Positions 21,746 to 29,483 of a stretch of DNA of 47,889 bases are shown piece after piece; within the stretch, counting starts at the first letter, position 1, and every line of letters begins with the position of its first letter. The stretch comes from Candidatus Kaiserbacteria bacterium (GTDB lineage Bacteria > Patescibacteriota > Minisyncoccia > Phycocordibacterales > UBA918). Location of the stretch: NCBI GenBank assembly GCA_043729945.1, contig JAYTKW010000009.1:1-47889 (forward strand), written 5' to 3'. A model generated the notes under the pieces. It had not been told where the DNA came from, searched no databases, and worked only from the letters and a program-made list of their open reading frames with translations. The position numbers and the translations under genes are program-made.

Positions 21746-21979
21746 CTATCTATTGATATTCTGCACCACTGACAGCACTGGTTTTGGTATTTGCTCGATC
21801 GGAGTAAAAAATTGACAGAACTTTTTCACTTCAACCTGCCCGCATTTCGTGCAAGTGATGGTCAACCTCCCTTCTTCAGTGTAGTTGTGTGGACGAGAAC
21901 TGCGGTAGCGAACACAATCGCCACACGCAGAGATTTGGAGGGTTTCTTGGATCACTCTAAAATTAATCGCTGTAGACAT
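21746..21979 (-). CDS. small CxxC/CxxC zinc-ribbon-like hypothetical protein
   Basis: CGDC...CTKC; AGGA SD before ATG at 21979; terminator downstream. Confidence 0.5.
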   Translation of the reverse strand: MSTAINFRVIQETLQISACGDCVRYRSSRPHNYTEEGRLTITCTKCGQVEVKKFCQFFTPIEQIPKPVLSVVQNINR

Positions 21980-22046
21980 CTGATTCCTGTCCCTACTTTG
22001 TTCAAAACTATCACCTTTGATAGTTACGCCCCTTGCGCTAACATCA

Positions 22047-22781
22047 TTATACAACGAATTTGATATTTCCACAATACGTCACCCGATGCTCAGTGGATAA
22101 CCCGTTTTGGGCGATAGCGGTGCGGTGGGCTAAAGTACCGTAGCCTTTATGTTGGGCAAAGTTGTAAGGAGCAAAAGCCGCTTTACTAGCAATCCGGCAC
22201 ATATACCGATCACGCGTCACCTTGGCCATAATCGACGCTAAACCAATCACCTTCTCCTTAGCATCCCCTTTGATAATCGTCTCTTGATGCACAAACTCAG
22301 CCGGCGCAGACAAAGACCCATCCAACTTCACCAGCACCTCACCCGGATCAAGTACGAGGTCTTGCCTCGTACTTTTGAGGGAGGCTAAGCCTCCCTCAAA
22401 ATATAGTTTATTTTTACTTCCGCCTAGGCCTCGCCTAGGCAATTTTTCTATTTCTAGGAGGTTCGGCCTCCGGGAGATGACTTCGGCAAGTCCTTTGGCC
22501 ATGGCTGCACGGATAACTACCGCAATTCCCTTTTTATCAATTGCTTTGGCTGTCGGCATCTGGACCGAATAGTACAACTTCCCCGCTGCCGCCAGTTCTA
22601 GGGCACGCGTAAATATCTCTTCGCGTTTACCAGCCGACAATTTCTTACTATCATTTACCCCAGGAATCAGCTCCCAATCAAAGTCATCAGGCACCAACAC
22701 CACCCCCACCGAAACCGGCCCCGCTAATGGACCTCTACCAGCTTCGTCGATACCTATAATATATTTGTGTGTAGTTAGCAT
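22047..22781 (-). CDS. rnhB: ribonuclease HII with in-frame palindromic insertion
   Basis: GIDEAGRGPLAGPV, DSKKLS, IIKGD, ASIMAKVTRD, HKGYGT. Confidence 0.96.
   Translation of the reverse strand: MLTTHKYIIGIDEAGRGPLAGPVSVGVVLVPDDFDWELIPGVNDSKKLSAGKREEIFTRALELAAAGKLYYSVQMPTAKAIDKKGIAVVIRAAMAKGLAEVISRRPNLLEIEKLPRRGLGGSKNKLYFEGGLASLKSTRQDLVLDPGEVLVKLDGSLSAPAEFVHQETIIKGDAKEKVIGLASIMAKVTRDRYMCRIASKAAFAPYNFAQHKGYGTLAHRTAIAQNGLSTEHRVTYCGNIKFVV
22350..22478. repeat. array of four AGG-N5-CCT hairpins inside rnhB
   Basis: AAGTACGAGG-tcttg-CCTCGTACTT; TTTTGAGGGAGG-ctaag-CCTCCCTCAAAA; GCCTAGG-cctcg-CCTAGGC; GGAGG-ttcgg-CCTCC. Confidence 0.8.
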
Positions 22782-22801
22782 AATGGCAAGTGGCCCCCCT
22801 C

Positions 22802-22893
22802 CTTACAGGAGCTGTTAAAGTTATCGGTATTTATTTTCGCAAACTCAAAAAATACCGGGTAACTTCTTGCGAAAATCTCCCAGACTTTCTCAC
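22802..22893 (+). repeat. structured repeat family B, copy 1
   Basis: CTTACAGGAGCTGTT-[stem-loop]-CTTGCGAAA...GACTTTCTCAC; matches 29345-29425. Confidence 0.75.
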
Positions 22894-23045
22894 CAGCCTC
22901 ATCCACCCCAATTATCCATTGCTGAATCATGCAATCATAGTAGCAGTTTTTACGTCTCCATAAAGGACCAACCTTCGTTTTTTAAAAGTCTTCAATAACT
23001 ACTTGTTAAAACTTAATCAATGACCAGTCAGTCCCGACGGAGCGA

Positions 23046-23192
23046 GGTCGTCCCTCTGGGGAGACATTGCACAGCCGACTGGAGTTGGAGTCTGCCGCCC
23101 TTCTTGCGCCACAGCGCAGCGGCAGAATCAGTCGGCGAGCATAGTAAATTGCCCGTCGGGGCAATTATGCGTGTCTCCCTGGAGGGACGACC
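23046..23192. repeat. structured repeat family C, copy 2 (147 nt)
   Basis: Outer GGTCGTCCCTC-tg-GGGAGAC / GTCTCCC-tg-GAGGGACGACC, inner GCCGACTG/CAGTCGGC and AATTGCCC/GGGCAATT. Confidence 0.7.
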
Positions 23193-23214
23193 GAGCGGAT
23201 GCTATAATGCCCCG

Positions 23215-26200
23215 ATGAATGACTCCCCCACGACAATCCCATCAACCTTTGTCCACCTCCACGTTCACTCGCACTATACCCTCCTCGGTGCCGTGCCAAC
23301 ACCCAAAGAACTAGCAAAAGCAGCCAAAGAAGACGGGCAGACTGCACTCGCTATCACGGACGCTGGTGCCCTCTATGGAGCGATTGATTTTTACAAAGCT
23401 TGTACCAAGGAGGGGGTAAAACCGATTATCGGTCTCGACGCCTACCTCGCCCCCCGTACCAGATTTGATAAAGAAGCGATGATTGATAAGCCGCGAGCGC
23501 GACTGGTCTTGCTGGCTAAAACATTTGCTGGCTACCAAAACTTGATTCAGCTAGTGACTGATTCCAACGTCGAAGGCTTTTACTACAAACCCCGTCTCGA
23601 TCAAGAATTAATTGCCAAATACGCCAAGGACTTAATCTGTATCATTCCGTCATTCGCCGGCGAAGTGGCCCAGGCGCTTAAAAATCACGATGCGGACAAA
23701 GCGGCCGAGCGGCTCGATTGGTACCGGGGGATTTTTGGTGATGATTGTTATCTTGAACTGACCCATCATCCAGAGATGTTCGATCATACTGAAAACCAAA
23801 AGAAAATTGTGGACCTGGCCCGGAGTACGAACACACCACTGGTCGCTGCCCATGATGTGTATTACCTCAAACCCGAAGATCGTATCGCCCGTGAGACAAT
23901 GATGAAAATCCAAAATGGTGGCGTGGTTGACCTCACTAGCGACCAAGGAGTAAACGAGAATTTCAGTTTTATTACCCAAGCTACTGCCGCTGAAAAATTT
24001 AAAGACACCCCCGAAGCACTAACTAATACCATCAAAATTGCCGAGGCTTGTAACGTTGAAATTGAAATTGGAACGCATTGGTATTTTCCTGATTATATAA
24101 TCAAGTCCGGACGTACGCCGGATGATGAATTGCAAGTCACTGCCTACGCTGGTGTGTCTTGGCGTGGACTGGCGCTCGAAAACCCAGAGGTAAAAACTCG
24201 CCTCGATTACGAATTAGAAGTCATTAAAAACAAAGGCTACGCAAAATACTTTCTCGTAGTGGGTGACTTGTTACGTGAGTCACGTGAGCGTGGCATTTTA
24301 ACTACTATTCGTGGTTCAGTGGCGGGCTCGCTTACAACCTACGTCCTTGGTATTACTAACGTGGATCCGCTCGAATACAAACTCCCGTTTGAGCGATTCC
24401 TTAACCCCGAGCGGCCATCAGCGCCCGACATCGACATGGACTTTGCTGATAATAGACGAGATGAAATTATTGAATACGCAAAAACTAAATACGGCGCAGA
24501 CAAAGTAGCTCAGATTGGAACATTTGGTACGATGATGGCTCGCGCTGCAGTGCGTGATGTCGCTCGCGCCTTGGGGCACCCCTACGTCGTAGGTGATCGC
24601 ATTGCGAAATTAATCCCGATGGGTAGCCAGGGATTTGCCATGACAATCAAAAGAGCCCTCGAGATTGAACCAGATCTGGCGAAATTATATAAATCCGATT
24701 CTGAATCACGTGAAGTTCTTGACCTCGCGAAACAGATTGAGGGGAGGGTTCGTCACCTGGGTGTTCATGCGGCCGGTGTTGTGATTGCTCCCTATCCCCT
24801 GTCGCAATTTGTCCCCATTCAACCCGACTCAAAAACGGGTAAATTTGTGACTCAATACGAAATGAAATCTGTTGGTGAAGACGGCGTCGGGTTGCTCAAG
24901 TTCGACTTTCTCGGTATAAAAAACCTGTCCATTTTGGCTGATGCTGTTAAACGAGTGAAAGCCATTCGTGATATTACTGTCGACATCGAAAACATTCCAC
25001 TTGATGACAAAAAAACTTTTTCTATTTTGGCGGCCGGTCAGACAATGGGACTGTTCCAGTTAAATGGTTCAGGCATGACATCGTTTTTAAAACAACTCAA
25101 GCCCACCAGCATTCACGACATCAACGCGATGGTGGCCCTCTACCGACCAGGACCAATGGAATCAATCCCCCAGTACATCGAGCGCAAACACAATCCTAAT
25201 CTAGTAACATTCCTCGATCCCCGCATGGAAACTATCCTCGATCGTTCCTATGGCGTCATCACCTACCAGGACGACGTTATGGCTATCGCTCGCGAATTAG
25301 CTGGCTACAGCTGGCTCGAAGCCGACATGTTGCGTAAAGCGATGGGCAAGAAAATTCCTGAGGTAATGGAAGCCGAAAAAGACAAGCTTCTGACTGGTTT
25401 CCGTGATTTTGGCAAGCTGTCCCCAAACGCCGGTGACAAATTATGGAAATTAATTGAACCATTTGCCGCTTACGGATTCAACAAAGCGCACGCGGCGTCC
25501 TACGGGCGCGTCGCCTACCAAACCGCCTACATGAAAGCTAACTACGCCGTTGAATACATGAGCGCGGTCCTGACTGCGGACGCCGGCGACGTGGAAAAAA
25601 TTTCCGAAATTATCAGCGAGTGTGAACGTATGGGTGTCGAGGTCTTGCCTCCCCACATCAATGAATCATTCGCAGACTTCACCGTAGTCCCTTTGCAGAA
25701 TCATTCGACCTTGAATTCGAATTTTTCACAAGGTATGCAAGGCGGCGGTGAGTACCGCAGTGAGCCGTACCAGGCGTACGGTGAACAAGGAACGGAACCG
25801 GCAACGCAGCAGACCGCCGGGAAAAATTTGAAGAACGGTCGAATTAGATTTGGGCTGACAACTATTAAGAATTTTGGGGAGGGCATAAGTGACGCCATCA
25901 CTTTAGAGAGAAAAACAAATGGTAAGTTCAAATCTCTCCAAGATTTTCTCACCCGAATCAAAAATCGCAACTTAAATAAAAAATCACTTGAGGCTTTGAT
26001 CATGGTTGGTGCTTTTGATGCCTTTGGGACTCGTGGACACCTGCTGGCGAACGTCGATTTAATGCTGGCTTTTAACCGCGAGCAGTTAATTGCGGCCGAA
26101 TCCGCCCAAGATTCATTGTTCGGGTTCGGTGGCGACAACTCTGTAAACGATCTTAACCTCATTTTTGCCACTGATGCCACTACTGCCCAAAAACTCATTT

Positions 26201-26604
26201 GGGAAAAAGACCTGCTCGGAGTCTATGTATCAGGCCACCCCCTAGATGACTTTGTTGAAGAATTAGCCAAACGGACCCGCATCGGTAGTATCAGACAGGA
26301 TGTTGCTAGTGGTGATGGCCTCGCTATCGCCCGCCTCAAAACCGAAATCAAAACTGCCGGTATGATAGCGAGTGTCCGCGAACTTCTCACCAAAAAAGGC
26401 GACAAGATGGCTTTTATACTACTTGCTGACCAAAAAGACCAAATTGAAATGGTCGCCTTCCCCGAAGTCTACGCCGAACAAAAAGACCTCCTAATTCCCG
26501 GCACCTGCCTCGCCATCAAAGGCAAACTAAGCATGAGAAACGACGAACCCTCAATTATGCTCGACCGGGTGAAGATGCTTACTGTCGTCAGTGGTATTGC
26601 TTAA
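23215..26604 (+). CDS. dnaE: DNA polymerase III alpha subunit
   Basis: PHP FVHLHVHSHY, RGSVAGS, PDIDMDF, KFDFLG, YGFNKAHA, OB fold; start placed at 23215, 6 nt after TATAAT. Confidence 0.98.
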   Translation: MNDSPTTIPSTFVHLHVHSHYTLLGAVPTPKELAKAAKEDGQTALAITDAGALYGAIDFYKACTKEGVKPIIGLDAYLAPRTRFDKEAMIDKPRARLVLLAKTFAGYQNLIQLVTDSNVEGFYYKPRLDQELIAKYAKDLICIIPSFAGEVAQALKNHDADKAAERLDWYRGIFGDDCYLELTHHPEMFDHTENQKKIVDLARSTNTPLVAAHDVYYLKPEDRIARETMMKIQNGGVVDLTSDQGVNENFSFITQATAAEKFKDTPEALTNTIKIAEACNVEIEIGTHWYFPDYIIKSGRTPDDELQVTAYAGVSWRGLALENPEVKTRLDYELEVIKNKGYAKYFLVVGDLLRESRERGILTTIRGSVAGSLTTYVLGITNVDPLEYKLPFERFLNPERPSAPDIDMDFADNRRDEIIEYAKTKYGADKVAQIGTFGTMMARAAVRDVARALGHPYVVGDRIAKLIPMGSQGFAMTIKRALEIEPDLAKLYKSDSESREVLDLAKQIEGRVRHLGVHAAGVVIAPYPLSQFVPIQPDSKTGKFVTQYEMKSVGEDGVGLLKFDFLGIKNLSILADAVKRVKAIRDITVDIENIPLDDKKTFSILAAGQTMGLFQLNGSGMTSFLKQLKPTSIHDINAMVALYRPGPMESIPQYIERKHNPNLVTFLDPRMETILDRSYGVITYQDDVMAIARELAGYSWLEADMLRKAMGKKIPEVMEAEKDKLLTGFRDFGKLSPNAGDKLWKLIEPFAAYGFNKAHAASYGRVAYQTAYMKANYAVEYMSAVLTADAGDVEKISEIISECERMGVEVLPPHINESFADFTVVPLQNHSTLNSNFSQGMQGGGEYRSEPYQAYGEQGTEPATQQTAGKNLKNGRIRFGLTTIKNFGEGISDAITLERKTNGKFKSLQDFLTRIKNRNLNKKSLEALIMVGAFDAFGTRGHLLANVDLMLAFNREQLIAAESAQDSLFGFGGDNSVNDLNLIFATDATTAQKLIWEKDLLGVYVSGHPLDDFVEELAKRTRIGSIRQDVASGDGLAIARLKTEIKTAGMIASVRELLTKKGDKMAFILLADQKDQIEMVAFPEVYAEQKDLLIPGTCLAIKGKLSMRNDEPSIMLDRVKMLTVVSGIA
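25699..25850 (+). repeat. structured repeat family A, copy 3 (in frame within dnaE)
   Basis: ATGCAAGGCG...GAGCCGTAC-caggc-GTACGGTGA...CAACGCAGCA; closing stems TTCGAATTTTTC/GAAAAATTTGAA and ATTCGACC/GGTCGAAT. Confidence 0.85.
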
Positions 26605-26671
26605 TCTTATATAATGTGTTATAAAATTGAGGGGCAGAGTAAGCCTGAATAGAAACAAGGGACGAAGTTAG

Positions 26672-27139
26672 ATGCAAAATGACAGCACTATAACAGTAGA
26701 GGTGACCAGTGTACCAAAACCAGGTTGTCTCTACCCAAGGACAACGACGGCGTTCGCTGACACCTTGCGCTATGCACGGCGAGGGCTGAGTTCGGAAGTT
26801 TCAGGATTCACAGTTCCTGAACACCACAAGCAGGCGCTTGTTGAAACGATTGCTTTCTTGATCAAAGTCAAAGACAATTGCGAGCGGGTACAAACACACC
26901 ACACGCCTGATTTCACTGGTGCAACCACACCGATGAGCAATGCAATCCGTCAGATGTTTTGGATGCACCAAATCAGATGCGCCCTGAACGAAAGCCAAAC
27001 AAGTTTCAATGCAAACTTTTTTCCTGCTTCCCTACCCTGGATGCAAAGAAAGCTGGATGCGCTGCAAACACCGACACACGAAAACGTCTCGCAGGCACAA
27101 GATTTTTTGAAGGCCTGGAGGCACCTCGTCCTACACTGA
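26672..27139 (+). CDS. hypothetical protein
   Basis: 155-aa ORF with purine-rich upstream region and own GC hairpin at 27147-27174. Confidence 0.6.
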   Translation: MQNDSTITVEVTSVPKPGCLYPRTTTAFADTLRYARRGLSSEVSGFTVPEHHKQALVETIAFLIKVKDNCERVQTHHTPDFTGATTPMSNAIRQMFWMHQIRCALNESQTSFNANFFPASLPWMQRKLDALQTPTHENVSQAQDFLKAWRHLVLH

Positions 27140-27188
27140 ACCATCGCCCCGCGCCAAGTCTATCTGGCGCGGGGTTAATCGTTTCTAA

Positions 27189-27217
27189 TTGACCAATCCC
27201 CCCACCCGCGCTAGGAT
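27189..27217 (+). promoter_or_regulatory. promoter of thrS leader
   Basis: TTGACC-17nt-TAGGAT. Confidence 0.6.
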
Positions 27218-27223
27218 AGAGTT

Positions 27224-27405
27224 TCAGAGATTGTGGTGGCTACCAACCACCAGCTCGACAGAGCGTCATCAGCCTAATCTGAATCATAAAGAGCAGAGCG
27301 AGGATACTCGCCTGAAGCCCGGTGGAACCGCGTTAGAGACTATCGTCTCAATCGTCCGAGCGAACACACGACTTTTCGTGTAGTCGCTCGGGCGATTGTT
27401 TTTTA
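27224..27405 (+). promoter_or_regulatory. T-box riboswitch (Thr), transcriptional type
   Basis: T-box GGTGGAACCGCG at 27321-27332 pairing with CGTCCG; terminator CAATCGTCCGAGCGA/TCGCTCGGGCGATTG plus T6; ACC codon at 27242-27244 in the loop of the first hairpin. Confidence 0.85.
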
Positions 27406-27461
27406 TTAGAAAAACCTCAATCTTAGGGGTTTAACCCCTAAGATTCTTAAAGATTTACTAT

Positions 27462-29210
27462 ATGGAAAATACACTACAAAATAAACGGCATACTTTGGCC
27501 CACCTCCTTGGGGCGGCGGTGTTGCAGCAGTACCCGCATGCCAAACTGACGCTTGGTCCGGCGATTGATAACGGATTTTACTACGACATTGATTTTTCGG
27601 ACGGACCAGCGCTAGGCGATGATGGACTCAAGGACGTACAGAAGTCGATGAAGAAACTCCTCAATACCTGGACTGAATTTTCACACCGCGAAGTCTCTGT
27701 TGACGAAGCGCGTAAGATCTACGCCGATAATCAGTACAAGCTGGAACTTGTTAACGAAATTGCTGCCCGGGGTGAAACAATTACTCTCTACACCTGCGGT
27801 ACTTTTACCGACCTCTGTCGCGGTGGGCATTGTGACAATCCTAAAGCTGAACTCGACACCGATGCGTTCAAGCTGGATAAAATCGCCGGTGCCTACTGGC
27901 GCGGCGACGAAAAAAATCCGATGCTGTCGCGCGTGTACGGTCTCGCTTTTGATACACCGGCCGAGTTAGAAAAATACCAATTTCAAATCGAAGAAGCCAA
28001 AAAACGCGACCACCGCAAGCTCGGTAAAGAACTCGATTTGTTTACTTTTTCTGATATGGTCGGCAGCGGCATGCCGCTGTTTACCCCCCGCGGAAATATT
28101 GTACGCAACGGTATCATTAACTACTCACGTGAATTAAACGACCGGCTCGGATTTGGTGAAGTCCATACTCCAAACATTAACAAAGCTGAACTATTTAAAT
28201 GTTCCGGCCACTACGACCAATACAAAGACGATATGTTATCTGTTAGGTCACAATACGTAGAAGATGAAATGTTCATGAAGCCAATGAACTGTCCACAACA
28301 CACCCAAATTTTTGACGCCAGGCCACGTAGCTACCGTGACTTACCGATTCGTTATTCTGATTTTGCCAATCTATACCGCGACGAGAGACCTGGTGAACTG
28401 TCGGGATTAACTAGACTGCGAGCCTTTGCCCAAGACGACGGTCATATTTTCTGTCGTGAATCCCAAGTCCAAGATGAAGTAGTAGCCGTACTGGCCGTTA
28501 TCAAAGAAGCACTCGCTACCTATGGCATTGGCTACTGGATCCGATTATCTCTGCGCGACCCAGAGAACAAAGAAAAATATCTGGGTGACGATGCGTCTTG
28601 GGAACGTTCTGAGTCTGAACTACGCCAAGTCGTCGAAAAAGCTGGCGTTGATTTCAAAGCCGTAACCGGTGAAGCAGCTTTCTATGGACCAAAACTGGAC
28701 ATCATGGCTGTTGATGCTCTCGGCCGACAATGGCAAATTTCAACGATCCAAGTCGATCGAGTCCAACCCGAACGATTTTACCTTACCTGTATTAATGAAA
28801 AAGGAGAGAAAGAACGAGTCGTTATGATACACCGCGCTCTGATTGGTTCACCTGACCGTTTCCTCGGCATCTTAATTGAACATTATGGTGGCAGCTTCCC
28901 TCTCTGGCTGGCTCCGGAACAGGTGCGAATTGTTCCCGTAAACGACGCTCACAACGAATACGCGGCGGGAGTCGGAACGATCCTCAAAGCGGCGGGATTG
29001 CGAGTAACTGTCGACGACGAAAATGACTCAATGGGTAAGAAGATTCGTAAAGCCAAAAACGACCGCCTCCCTTATTTCATCGTGATTGGTGATAAAGAAG
29101 TCGAAGGTAACACCGTCACCCTCGAACACCGCGACGGCACGTCAGAAAGTATCCCCCTCACGGACCTCGCCCCCAGACTCGTTTCAGAAGTTATCATAAA
29201 AAAAATATAA
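27462..29210 (+). CDS. thrS: threonyl-tRNA synthetase (no N-terminal TGS domain)
   Basis: DLCRGGH, GAYWRGD, RDHRKLG, KPMNCPQH, GEAAFYGPK, anticodon domain. Confidence 0.98.
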   Translation: MENTLQNKRHTLAHLLGAAVLQQYPHAKLTLGPAIDNGFYYDIDFSDGPALGDDGLKDVQKSMKKLLNTWTEFSHREVSVDEARKIYADNQYKLELVNEIAARGETITLYTCGTFTDLCRGGHCDNPKAELDTDAFKLDKIAGAYWRGDEKNPMLSRVYGLAFDTPAELEKYQFQIEEAKKRDHRKLGKELDLFTFSDMVGSGMPLFTPRGNIVRNGIINYSRELNDRLGFGEVHTPNINKAELFKCSGHYDQYKDDMLSVRSQYVEDEMFMKPMNCPQHTQIFDARPRSYRDLPIRYSDFANLYRDERPGELSGLTRLRAFAQDDGHIFCRESQVQDEVVAVLAVIKEALATYGIGYWIRLSLRDPENKEKYLGDDASWERSESELRQVVEKAGVDFKAVTGEAAFYGPKLDIMAVDALGRQWQISTIQVDRVQPERFYLTCINEKGEKERVVMIHRALIGSPDRFLGILIEHYGGSFPLWLAPEQVRIVPVNDAHNEYAAGVGTILKAAGLRVTVDDENDSMGKKIRKAKNDRLPYFIVIGDKEVEGNTVTLEHRDGTSESIPLTDLAPRLVSEVIIKKI

Positions 29211-29223
29211 CGGATACAATCAC

Positions 29224-29260
29224 ACAAAAACCGCCAGACATTGCCTGGCGGTTTTTGTTT
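29224..29260. terminator. bidirectional intrinsic terminator after thrS
   Basis: ACAAAAACCGCCAG...CTGGCGGTTTTTGT. Confidence 0.8.
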
Positions 29261-29277
29261 ATTTTGGCTCGACTTCT

Positions 29278-29483
29278 TAATATTCGTTAAAATTATACAG
29301 ATGCGAGGCGTGCAAGGAAATGGGAGTGAGCCGTACTTACGTTTCTTACAGAAGCTGTTTAGGTTGTCGCTCTTTTTTTCAAAAGAGCTGGCAACCTCTT
29401 GCGAAAGTCCACTGGACTTTCTCACGGTGAACCTCTCATTTACCGCAGCACAACGAAGCAGGTGTAAATTTTTACGGATATTA
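29278..29483 (+). repeat. structured repeat family A, copy 4, interrupted by family B element
   Basis: ATGCGAGGCG...GAGCCGTAC [insert] ACGGTGA...CAACGAAGCA; closing stem TAATATTCGT/ACGGATATTA includes the stop of the 936-aa ORF. Confidence 0.8.
29345..29425 (+). repeat. structured repeat family B, copy 2 (nested in family A)
   Basis: CTTACAGAAGCTGTT-[stem-loop]-CTTGCGAAAGTCC-act-GGACTTTCTCAC. Confidence 0.75.

Noticed and set aside
23046-23192. 6S RNA or SRP RNA call
   Set aside because: No large symmetric central bubble or SRP loop motif seen, and a structural twin exists at 10694-10840; left unassigned pending an Rfam scan.
23020-23214. 65-aa N-terminal extension of DnaE in the ORF track
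   Set aside because: It is read-through of the family C element; TATAAT and the PHP motif place the start at 23215.
27189-27383. 64-aa ORF as a leader peptide for thrS
   Set aside because: Its TTG is the -35 box and the region is explained by the T-box.
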